This document shows positions 37,652 to 49,295 of a stretch of DNA of 64,000 bases, piece by piece. The DNA is taken from assembly GCA_030141605.1 (NCBI GenBank), contig JAQGDQ010000164.1, forward strand, positions 401,281-465,280, given 5' to 3'. The position numbers and the translations under genes were made by a program. The notes below the pieces were generated by a model. It was not told the DNA's origin and made no database searches. It was given only the letters and a program-made list of their open reading frames with translations. The DNA comes from Tubiluchus corallicola. Its lineage: Eukaryota > Animalia > Priapulida. Numbering within the stretch: position 1 is the first letter of the stretch; each line of letters opens with the position of its first letter.

Positions 37652-37663
37652 CGCGCATGCGCA
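37652..37663. promoter_or_regulatory. NRF1/Ewg-type element (CGCGCATGCGCA), possible alternative promoter
   Basis: Exact match to YGCGCAYGCGCR in a locally CpG-richer patch. Donor-like CAG|gtaact (37424) and AAG|gtaaag (37408) lie about 230 nt downstream on the minus strand. Confidence 0.4.
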
Positions 37664-38489
37664 CTAGCTATATCCACCTGAAAAAGCTCGCATCAGTCAA
37701 TAACAAGAATGTCTGTTCTTGGGTTTTGAACATCACAGCCTGGCGCAAGTCAGTGATAAAACCACAGAAAAAATTCGCACAACCATTATGGAACTACCGA
37801 GTTTGCAGAAATAAGCAGTAGTGATGCAGCGATGGGAAGAGTAAACGCCGTCTCTGCTGTACCTACAATACCAAAAGCGCCGCAAAATCTCCAGGCATAA
37901 ATACCAGATAAAGCTGTTGTTAAAACAATACTGTACTTATAAATAGTCTAATATAGATTATAAAACAAAAGATAAAATAGTTTTTTAGGATACTCACATT
38001 GTAACATTTTTTGCCAGTAAGTTGTGTAACAAAGTAAAAAACCTCAAATCAATTTTCACCAAAAATTAACTGCTCACAGCAGCATGTACCGCACATACTG
38101 CTATGCCTACTACACATTAAATAAAAAAGATCTCAATAATAAATTCATCAATTGTTTGATTGCAAGTGGTCATGTGCAGATAAGCAAAAACTCGTTTAAC
38201 TTATTTTAACTTGACTACCATAACTTTAAAAGTCCCTTTCCGTATTCTTATAATGAATTTAGGTAACTATCAAAAGTAAATATTTCACCATCTGCTATTA
38301 GTGGGTTTGCAGGCATTTAGTACTATCCATCTTACCACAAAAAAATAATAATCTTTGTTTAAAGTCAGCTTTTTGAGTCAACAATTAACTTAAGCTCTGA
38401 AGAGCCTTTGGGCTGACTGTAAACAACAACCTACAACTACATAACAGAGATTATTATTACCCCACTTTTACCCTAAATACTACACATCA

Positions 38490-38850
38490 GGCAGGGCAAC
38501 AGCAGGTACCATTTTTAAAGTCATTGGTATTACTGGCCTCTGTATCGAATTCACGACCTCCCAGACGAAAAGCCAATGCGTTACCACTAGACCAAACCGT
38601 CTGGTCAAAAATAACAATGACATTGACTACAACAATGATATTTATTTAAACTTAACTTTAACGTCAACCATCAAAGAAACCTCAAATTTTTGCTAACTTC
38701 AGTCGTCAACTAAACCTGCAGAACAATAATTGCTATTACCTGCAGATTACTTTAAGAAACATTAAACAATGGCATCATTTTTAAGTCTGTGGTATTACCC
38801 AGCCAGAGAATTGAACCCACAATCTTACACAAAAGTAAGCATGTTACCAC
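38490..38850 (-). mobile_element. Two decayed copies of a tRNA-related SINE-like family (a third at ~19700-19760)
   Basis: The block accattttta(a)agtc.ttggtat(g/t)ac...gaaccc..ttaccact is shared by 38507-38592, 38772-38851 and about 19706-19758. Confidence 0.5.
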
Positions 38851-38958
38851 TGTAGATTACACAAGCAACAGTGGTACAAGTAGATGTACAATAATAGCAC
38901 ACTGCTATGCCTAGGCCCAAAATAGCATGGGTCCAATAACTTCAAATTCAGTTTGCAG

Positions 38959-39531
38959 TAAGGATGTTAAACAACACAAATTTGGCGATACGATAACGAT
39001 AATCCACTTTTTAGACGATACGATACAATACGATAAATTATTTCGAAGGATAAAAACAATACTGAAGTTAGAAAATGTATGCAACAACAGAAAAATATCT
39101 CTAATAATTAAACCATTCATGTAACCTTAACGTGACTACGACGAAATTTTCTGCTTCGTTGTTATAACGATTCATAAATAAGTAAGCTGCGATGGATACA
39201 TAGATTACTACGATATAAAGATTTATCTATGGGAGCTGCACAATTACACATGTCCGAAACGATGACACCAAAAATATGGTACACGCTACTCGGCATCTGC
39301 GAGTCTGCATGATTCAGAATCAAAATAAAGATAACCGCTATTGTAAAGCGAAAGTGTAACTCCATACGTCTGACAAGCTTATAATTTTAAATAATTCTTT
39401 TATCCACTGTTTTGCTTAATTCCTGTAAGAAAATTGAAAAGCAAAGTGAAGTAATTTTATAAAGGCAAGCGATAAAAGACAAAATACGATACGATAATTA
39501 TTGATACGTATCGTTATCATTAACATCCCTA
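38959..39531. mobile_element. hAT-like MITE with CGATA subterminal repeats, copy 1
   Basis: Ends TAAGGATGTTAA and TTAACATCCCTA (12-bp TIR, 1 mismatch) with many CGATA motifs. The right end is homologous to the element at 43479-43912. The TSD has decayed. Confidence 0.7.
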
Positions 39532-40714
39532 CATCTCAGAACAACGAAGCCAATTCATAGAGGACAGAGCAACCCTGTGCAAGCATCACAGGAAGTGGAC
39601 CACCAACAAATTTATAAAATTCTCATTTTCAATGAAATATTATGAACGCCAAAATTGACTTCAAACAAATAAAGACATTTTTTATTACAATTTCACTGCA
39701 ATTGGTAATTTTATATCAAACAACAGAAGCCAATCTTACAGGAATGGAGTCAAAATATGTGGATTCCGGTAACAAGTAGACAGGACATCAGGCTAAAGTT
39801 CTCTAAGGTATTAAACTGCAAATCTCAAATCACAATGAAATGCATCAAATCCTGATCTTTTATTTCTGCAACAAAGTTATGTCCCTCATTTCATGTCAGT
39901 CGAAATGCACCATGTGATGGACGGCAACATCGACGTTTTAGCTAAAAGCTTTTTATAGATTTGGACAAAACGTGTGTGCATGCAAATGTCGTAGATTTTT
40001 GTTTGTCTGTATGACTCAGTAACTTTCGCCAGCAGCCACCATGAATTTACAATCAACAAATTGCACAAAATCGCTAACTTAACAGTTTCTGGTAACCAAA
40101 CTATTGGTCACAAATCAACTGCATTAGGATGTCTATTTCTTCAGTTGCTAGATGGCAGCATAACAGGAATTATAAGAATCTGATGCCAGAGAGGTACAAA
40201 CATTTGTATCCGTGCTATTCCTTATGCAATTTCTTGATGATAAATGTTTTAATGATTCAAGTAAGTATGATGAGGCATATTAGTACGACAGTAGTTCCAC
40301 TTATCGACGTGCAGTATCTATCCACAAATGCCGACGTAGTGCATCAAATGCTTAGAAGTACACCAGTCATTCGTTGCCAGTAAGCCATTTCAGTTTTGCT
40401 ATGTACATACGCATTTGAAGTTTTGAGCTATAGGTCAAAGGCTATGGTCCCCTTAGCCTACATCTCACAGACAGGACTTGTACGAACTAGTGTTACCTTT
40501 ACATGGCTGTAACTACTTGATCACACCTAGAACCACCTTTGAAATTTCAACAGTACAGCAACATGCAGCGTAAGTTTTTTGGACAGAACTTAATAACATG
40601 TAAATGTTAGCATCAGATAAGCTGATGACTAATGTTAATATAAATCTAACACGACACTTAACCTAATATTATGACTAAACAGCAGAAACAGTCAGTGTAA
40701 GTAAACATCCCTTC

Positions 40715-40800
40715 AGGGCCAGACTTCAACAACAATAACAGCCTCAACAGGGCCAGGCTTCAACAACAATAACTGCTTCAACAGGACAAGGCTTCAACAA
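40715..40800. repeat. 34-bp tandem repeat, ~2.5 copies
   Basis: agggccagacttcaacaacaataacagcctcaac / agggccaggcttcaacaacaataactgcttcaac / aggacaaggcttcaacaa. Confidence 0.8.
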
Positions 40801-41942
40801 TGGGTCCATATACACGAACCAGTTGCTAATGTTTCTAGGTAGTAGGTACCAACAACCTTGACCTTTTAACGATCATCATCAATCATTGGCAATCACTGGA
40901 AAAGGCATATTCCACTGTGTTTATTTTGCAATAACAAAAAGAGATTGCTTGAATCTGGTTTCCAGGTTTTGACTGGGACTGAGAAAATGATAGCACATCA
41001 TCATATGGTATCCAAGGACTGGACATGCTTGTTTGAATGATTTTGGAATGAGGCAGCAAATCTCTAAAGAACACCCAAATTTTTGATATGCTGTGCTTCG
41101 CGAAGCAAAGTGCAATGCTCGCAAAGGAAAGTCATACATGTGAGATTAACTACTGTTTCGATACACATGCCAGCTAATTGATCCCTTACCCTGAATCATT
41201 CATCTTAATCCTGGCTCTTCTTCCAAATATTTCCCAGTGGGCAGTAAAATTCAGTAAAACTGCAGCCATCAATAATAATTTAATATCCTACGGAGGATTA
41301 GCCATGTCGTGTTTCACGAAGACAACTGTAAGAAACATTATTCTATACTATAATCCTAGTGCAACAAACCATAATCCGAATTCGACATTTCTGAAGTTCT
41401 GATTGCATAGATTAACACAAATGGAATGTTTTTACAACTGCAAATACAAAATTGAAATATTTGCACCAATACGGAATGGTGGCTCAATGTATGTTCAACC
41501 AAAGAGGTAAAGCAATAGCAAATCTGTCTTCTAAATGAATGAGTGAAGGCATATATGCATGCCAGAAATCAGCATTCGAGGAGGCCTACTCAAGAACGAC
41601 GTACGTGGAGAGACTCGAGCCTGGCCAGACAAATCTAGACTATAAATAGCAAAGTTGCAGTCCTGTACCAACATTGCAAAATTTCGGCCTGCAATGTGTT
41701 AAATTACATTAAAAAATGCAAATGAACTAAAATTAAATTCTCGAAGTGAGAGGAAATCTTTCCAATAAATCAACAAGCGAGATTTCTTAAAATCTTCACT
41801 TTCACTCCTACCTTTGTAGAAATACATCCGACAAACACTGCGATTTCCAGTTCGTAATGTGCGTTTAATACTGTTTACACTAATGTAAAATCAACTAAGA
41901 ACATTTTACTACTAACATTTAAACATCAAAAAATTCCCTTAC

Positions 41943-41995
41943 CTTTCTCTGTAAGCCCGCTACTGTAATTTCTTCATTTCCTGAGACACACAAAT
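41943..41995 (-). other. Candidate non-coding 5'-UTR exon (53 nt) with a short uORF
   Basis: Branch point, polypyrimidine tract and acceptor ttgctaataacattttcgttttcag|, with donor AAG|gtaagg. Contains ATG AAG AAA TTA CAG TAG. It is on the same strand as PMCA and the cadherin; which gene it belongs to is unknown. Confidence 0.6.
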
Positions 41996-43478
41996 CTGAA
42001 AACGAAAATGTTATTAGCAAACAAATATCAACTAACTGCAACAATGAGGATAAAAATTGAATGGCAAAATGCCAGCAAAAATTTTAAGCGAGTTTTTTTA
42101 ACAGGAATAGTTTAAACAGTTTTCATTCAATCGCAATTTTCAGTAGCATACACACGACACTCGTGCAATTTTCTATTGAAAGATATGAAGCCATTGTTTC
42201 ACAGCTTCAAGTGTAATAAAACATTGCAAAAAGTTGATTGACAAAAGTTGAGTGACCAAGACTGTCTCAGTGATGATCACATGGTTTTGATAACAAAAAA
42301 TAAAAAGTTGACTAAAAAAGCTGGGTTACTATAAAACACTAACAATTTTCGGCAAATAAAAAATGTTAGTGAACAAAGGTCGATAATGCGTAAACTTGAG
42401 ACATAAACACTCTGGGTTGAAAATTTCTCTTCATGGTTTCCATACTGACTCTGGCTGTTTACCTCGCTGAGAAAAGGTACACATACAATTGAATGTGGCA
42501 AACACACCTCTGTTGGTCCAGTGGCTCTTCCTAATGGCATCGCCAAATTGTATAAAAAACTATCCGCTATTAAACACAGTGTTCAGGACTGCAAATGTTA
42601 TAGCAAAATTTTACAGTGTGAACAGCTGCAGAAAGCATTCAAACTCTGAAGAATACCTTGGTAAGAACTTGATAAATGTAACACCGATATAATGCTAGAC
42701 AAACAAGAGATGGCAGGAAAATGGCAGGCACTCAACACGGAGAAAAATGATTGTAGAAAGAACACAGTGAAAGTACACTATTTATTTATTTTGTTCTTAG
42801 TTCAGTTCAGTTCAGTCACGAGTCTCAAACATTTTTGTGTCAATATGAGCAGCTAGAAAAAAATCGCCACTTAGCTGAAAAAACGTACTTAATGCCCACA
42901 AACTTTGCCACACTTTTTAACTATATCACTGAGTAATTGTTGAAAAAACGTTAAAAGTTTATGTATATTAAATGTTTTTTCTTTTCCAACCAAGAAACTT
43001 TTTTTTCAAGCTGCTCACCTTGATACAAAAAGGCTTGAGGTTTGACACTTACATTACATGCATAGTCCTATAAATGGGGTTTTTCTTTGCACAGGTTGCA
43101 ATGGTATTAAGAAATAAAAAACATTAATTAATCAATAGAAAATATAGGAAAATACCGTAATTAATGTTAAATAAAATCATGATTGTAAAAGCTTGATTAG
43201 AATTAAAAAGAAAATACAATACAATACAGTTAATGACTATTTATAAACAGTTCCACAAGATTCTTTTAACTGCTTTGAAATTTGTGACTTTAATTAATTC
43301 AGTTTTAATTGCTTTCTTGCATTACAAGCTAGGCAAATGTAAAGTTTATATTTACTTTCCTGTACATCCTTTTTAGGCTTCATTTTCTGTAAAAATAGTA
43401 GGACTACTTGCAGAAAAGATGCTGCAGATAAAAAAATCAATAATCTTATTTATAGTAACACCTTCTAATATAAAGGAG

Positions 43479-43912
43479 TAGGGATGTTAAATGATACACA
43501 TTTAGCAATGCGATAACGGTATGTTAGGGTACTTTTTTCAAACGACACGATAACAATAATCTGTTTTCAGAAGCAATAAATTATCTTGAACGACAAAAAC
43601 TACACTGAATATGCAAGGAATCTCAGTGTATTTCAACACTATTTTCCGCAGGCCGTTTCCAGATTCACGTATAGATACGTGTAATTTATGACAAAGTTTT
43701 CTTCCTCGTTTTGTCATAAAATTCTAGTGCATAAATGAAAAAGTAAAGTGAAATTATTTTATAATAGTGAGCGATATGCAGTGATACGCATAAATCTGAG
43801 TGATAACGAAATTCCTAGAATAACATCGATACAATAACCATAAAAGTAAATTTTTTGTATTGATACGTTAATCGATAATTATTGATACATATTGCTATCA
43901 TTAACTTCCCTA
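43479..43912. mobile_element. hAT-like MITE with CGATA subterminal repeats, copy 2
   Basis: Ends TAGGGATGTTAA and TTAACTTCCCTA. Flanks TAAAGGAG and TGCTGGAG match at 5 of 8 positions (degenerate 8-bp TSD). Shares cgataattattgatac...tatcattaac with copy 1. Confidence 0.72.
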
Positions 43913-44554
43913 TGCTGGAGTATAAAAAGTGAAGGTTTACACACAGGAGTATGTAGTTACAGAAGCACTGCTCTTAGTTGTAGTTTTTAGTTTTTCTCCT
44001 TGGGTCTTTTGTCTGAAGAAATCTTTAGTAATCTACAATCTCTGGTCACCACTTAAAAAAAGGATTAAGAAACACTTCTGCCACTAGCAAATTTATTGCA
44101 AGAATTTGGTTTTTTCTTGACTTATTTTCATATTAAAAAGAAACCCGACACGAAATTTTATAAAACTACCTTTCTACGTTACATTTTCAACACAAAACGA
44201 GTGATTTTAAACTATGCAAAAAAGTACTAACCTATGTCACATTAAATGTGGATGAATTCTACGACTCTTCATTATTAAATTGCTGTGTTGACTGCTACGC
44301 TCCACCAGAATTTGTTACTGAAAAAAAGAAGAAATTATTATCTTCAACACCAACACACACAAACGCACGCATCACAAACTCACACGTGTGTAGGTACACT
44401 GGCTCACATAAACATTTTACAACAAGAAATTAACACAACATAAAATCTGCTACACCCTATGCACCGATTTGCCGGGCACCAGCAGATATGCTGAGAATTT
44501 AAAAGGGAAGAAAATGAATTTAAAGAACTTTCGATAAAAAATTATGCAACTTAC

Positions 44555-44629
44555 CATTATGCTTACCTGTTCAAAAGACTTACGTAATTGGAAAAGGAAA
44601 TTTTTAATAGTTTAAAATATTCATGCCAT
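44555..44629 (-). other. Candidate 5'-UTR exon with three clustered alternative donors
   Basis: Acceptor tgttttaccag| (AG at 44631-44630). Donor hexamers are gtaagt (44583-44578), gtaagc (44566-44561) and gtaagt (44554-44549). Confidence 0.35.
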
Positions 44630-45362
44630 CTGGTAAAACAGCACTGCATTGCCATCCCTGTATGCACCGGTATTTCACCAAAAACACACTAGCAATTATA
44701 ATCTTCGCACAGCATGACTTTGTGTTAAATACTGAACACATACTTTCTCAATATAAATTAAATGGAAGATTTCATAATCTAATTCATCTAACGCATAACA
44801 TTACAACTGTTACAAATGCAAATGCAGCATTGTTTTGATTTATCATGCCAAATACAGTAACTGGAAAAAAACACTAATAAATCAACTTAGATTCAGATTG
44901 TGGAGCAAATAATTATGTGAAAATCAATTTAATTCAGCCGAGAACAGGCTTGCGTGTAATAATGTAATTGCTTCTTACATTCTTCTTTCTACGCTTCTAA
45001 CCTTTCTTAGAACTGCTTCTAAATTAAATCTTCAACACAACTTCGGATACTCAAATTATGCGCCTACTTCTGTATTCATAGCTAATTTAGAAGAACCTTG
45101 ACAAGCATCTTCACTTCATATTTTCGTTGAAATGGTTTCTCATTGTTGGAATGCTGGGACAGAGGAGTACTGGCTTCATGCTCAAATGCTGGTGACCAAT
45201 CGTGAACAATTTTGAACTCACGTACTTCGAATAAACAATCAACTAATTATTACAAACTTAATATTAAGATTATTATTATTAATGGTGTTATAAACCCTCA
45301 CAAGTTTGATTTTGATATGAAACTTGAAGACAGGAAATGTAAAAAAGCGGTGTAGTGGTCAA

Positions 45363-45428
45363 GGTGGTGTAGTGGTTAAGACATCTGCAATATAATCAGA
45401 ATGTCGCCGGTTCAAATCCAACCTGCAA
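45363..45428 (+). mobile_element. tRNA-derived SINE head or tRNA pseudogene
   Basis: A box tggtgtagtggt (duplicated just upstream at ~45349) and B box ggttcaaatcc; the cloverleaf is not intact. Confidence 0.55.
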
Positions 45429-47894
45429 TCCAGAACTTTTTCCTATTTCATGCCTTTCAAATTTAGTACCAAATATTAATGAACATCACACTCAGTCAGT
45501 CAACTAATTTTCAATCAGCACATGGCCAAGTTACGCAGCAAAAGCCACATGAAGCAAACTAATTGGGGAGCAGGCTAACAAATCTACCTTAAACCTCAAT
45601 CAACACAATGGAATAACCTGACATGAAAAATCCCTCTGGTCTTATACAAAATGCAATCAATCTTACACAAGTGGTCAGAAATGAAGCCAGGGCTATTCCA
45701 GGAATGAAACTCTCCTGAAAAAGAAGCCATATAATATAATGTGGAGAAAACTGTTTACAGTGGCAAATGATAAGAAATGTTATAAGGCATGAACAAGATA
45801 ATTTTTTTGTGGAACCAGAAGGTTGAGGAAATAGCCGAGATGCTGTACTGATATGCCTCAGAAGTGTCAGTGTATTGTTAGCCAGTTAGCTAATGTTAGT
45901 TGCACCACTGGATAAAAGGTGGAGATTAGAGTAGCAAGAAGTTAGATGTAGCCAAGTTATTAGGAAGCCAGGTCTGTAAGAAGGATAGTGTAGCAAGTTA
46001 GTGATAAATAGAATTTGTGAGTAAAAATGAGAACAATGAACGGAACAGAACGAAATTTTACTACACTACTAACAAGCAAAGAGGTCCTTTTTCTATACAA
46101 TTCCACACACTATAGAAATCGAGTCCTGTGCTCAAAGGCATGCATTCACTGTAGATGGCTGTCATGAGACAGGAATGTTGTTCATAATTAAAAATATGCC
46201 TCTAAAGGCACGTTCAGACTAGAGAATTTTCTGTTACGAGTTTTCTCTCTGACAGCAAACTTACAAGTGTGAACTAGTGTGCAAGTTACTGTCGGCAAGT
46301 TATTGCAAACTTTCCGACAGCTTCTGCAAGTTGATTTCCTGCGAGTTATTATCTGATGTGAATGCCTCAGCGAGTTACTTTCAGCACTTCTCGCAGTGAA
46401 TAGAGAATTGAATGTCAACTCATGCTTACTCTCGAAGAGTAACTCGCAACAAGTTTTGCTCTCAAGTCTGAATATACTTGCAAGTTACTTGGCATAAAAC
46501 TCACTAGCCTGTACATGCCATAAAAAGGCACTGAACCAACAGAGCTGTCTTAGGTATGTCCTGATGTGAGTCCTCACTCTCTATGAGCTTTACAGAATTG
46601 CATGGCCAGTATGTTTCAATACAGAATCAAATTAAGCAGCCCAAAGAAAGATGGTATATCGAACCCCGTATTACCCTTCCATTCACTGACCATTCCATTC
46701 CAGCCTCAGTGCCCGTTTTAATTTCAGTAGTCAAAAGCAGGTGACCACTTTCCTACCAACTCATCTAGTCCTGCAACACAGAAGATCTACACTTTGATGC
46801 TGTGACTTCAAATGTTATCCTGACGACGGTTTCTTTTAACTGTTTTTGTATCCACGTCCTTTGCTGTATATTAGACAGACAATTTTGTACTCACAAACTG
46901 ACTGACTCGTGTTCATTCACGCAACCAAACCAATCATTTAAGGTCAGTGTCTATGCTACTATAGAGGAGTCGACTGTACAACAAAATAAACATTATAAAT
47001 GCACTATAAAACATACAATGATGTAGTTTATTTTGCCGAAATCCATACGGTTCTTGAGCTGTAAATGACCTTTGCCCTTTGCCACTCAATATCACCGAAT
47101 TATATCATTAAATTCTATTCACCGCCCCCAATACTGTAAATGTCCAAAATTTCGCTGCCCTGCTGCTCACAGTTTTTAAGCTGTAAGCTTTCTGTACTTC
47201 TACGTTCAGTAACTCGCTGACATTATAGCTGTGACATGTAGACTTAAGTCTAAGAGCATGCTAATAACAACAATTTATAGTGTTCAAACATATAAAAAGA
47301 AAATACCCAACACTATAGAAGGCTGAGAAGCAATAGATATAAAAGTACCCTACAGCTACACGATTACAAAAAAAGTGTTCATCATTATGATAAGCTGATT
47401 AATACAAAGACAGAAAAATTCATAAGTTAAGAAATTGTAAGAATTAAAAATGCCTTTTTTTAAGACTGATAACAAATGGTTTTCTAATTTCATTTCACAT
47501 ATTTTACATGACCTACCTGCAATGTTGCAATCTAATTCCAAAGGAATGTTAATGTCAAAATTTAGTTGATTATGGTATTAACACTATCCTCCCCTGCAAA
47601 TGCATACAAAAATAAATATTTTATAAAAATTGTTTACGTTCCCCTTTTCTCGAAAGACTTGCTGCAAAGATGTCTCTTTCTAAACAAATTATTGATAGTT
47701 GAGTTAGAGTTTATTCGATCTAGTCCAGGAGACCTTGACAAAAGTCACTATCATACAGCTCTGTTCTTGTACTTGTAATTTCACCTTTTTACTATACTCA
47801 TAAATTTTTGTATAGTAGCTAGATCATGATAACTGGTTTTTCTTTGCTTAATAAATCTACAGCTTTACGTGAACACTATGTCATGTCCTAAAGT

Positions 47895-48500
47895 AATGAG
47901 GAAAACAAATGTTTTGTGACTATGGCACGTACTAGTTTGGATAACCCCTTGCAAATCTCTATAGTATGTATTAGAGAAAGGTTGCAAGGACTTGTGCTTG
48001 AATAATGAAAAAACAAGTATTCTATGACAATGTTATGTGCTAGTATGGAAAGTATCGAAAACCTCATTGGTCTTTGTGAGTTTTCTATGACTATTACAAT
48101 ATACCCAACTGCCCAAAGGTGTATGCACATATCTTAGGTCTTCATAATAAAGAAAAGTTGCAAGAACTTTTATTTGGATATGAAGAAGACAGTTGTTCTA
48201 TCACCATGTAATGCTCTAGAGACAAAAACCTCGTGCGAATATCTTTAGTACTCGTATTAGGCAGAAGTTGCAAGCATCTCTGTACTTGAATAATGAAGAA
48301 AACAAGTATTGTGTGACGATGTTATGTGCTACTCTTAAAAACCTCATAGAGATCTCTTTAGTCTTCATATTACACAGAAGTTGCAAAGGACTTGAACTCG
48401 AGTAACGAAGAAAACAAGTGTTCTGTGACAACGTTATACTCGAGTCCCCAAAACTGCATGCAAATCTCTTTAGTCTTCCTATTAGAGAGCAGTTGCAAGG
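47895..48500. repeat. Diverged ~112-bp tandem array (~5 units)
   Basis: The anchor gttgcaa recurs at about 47981, 48157, 48268, 48380 and 48492, together with gaaaacaagt and atctctttagtc blocks. Confidence 0.75.
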
Positions 48501-48709
48501 ATATATTCAGGTATTTACATGCACACGTGATTTCCCCAGGGACAAAGTGCAGTCTTGTAAGCATCATTATAATGCAGTCTCTTGCACTGCAGATTCATTT
48601 ACACGTTAGCTGAAGACAGGCAGCAGCAGGTAATCTATAAGCCAGCCAGCAGCAAGTCAAACGATTTTCCAAGCAAGACTGAATGTGTAACAGTTACTGG
48701 GAATATATC

Positions 48710-49295
48710 AGAGCTGGTCAAAGGAGATGCTAATACATAAGGAGCGTTAATGCTACACACACGCACCTGGTGCACAAAGATTGCAAGCATAATAGGACAA
48801 AATATGATTTTTACATCGACACAAAAACTGAGAACAATGTCAGCAACTGGCCAAACAAGCTAGGACAAAGGCAGTGTTAATAGAGTATGTGGTACACACG
48901 ATGCACTAACATTGTACACATGATAATATGATACATAATTTTTACTTTCTAATTAAACGTGAATGTGAGTGGTTAAAGGACAAGTTAGCACAAACCCAGT
49001 GTTAATAGTACATGCACATCGTCCACTAATATTACACACGTAATAGGACAGTACAGATGATTTTTCACCTTGAAATTAAACTGTGAGCATGACTGAGTGT
49101 GTTTATAATAGCTGGTCAATAGCTCAAAAGCAGTGTGAATAGTGCACCTATACCTGACGTACTAATATTGTACAGGTAATAGGCTAATACACAACTTTTA
49201 CTCGAGTGTGACTGAGTAACTAAAGGGCCGATAGCCTATAGGGCTTATAGTACCTGGTAAAAGGAGAAACTAACACGAAAGTAGTGTTAATAGAA
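48710..49295. repeat. Highly diverged ~125-150-bp tandem array (~5 units)
   Basis: The anchor gtgttaatag or a variant recurs at about 48744, 48874, 48998, 49133 and 49285, with ctggtca, cactaa and taatagg blocks in register. Confidence 0.55.
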
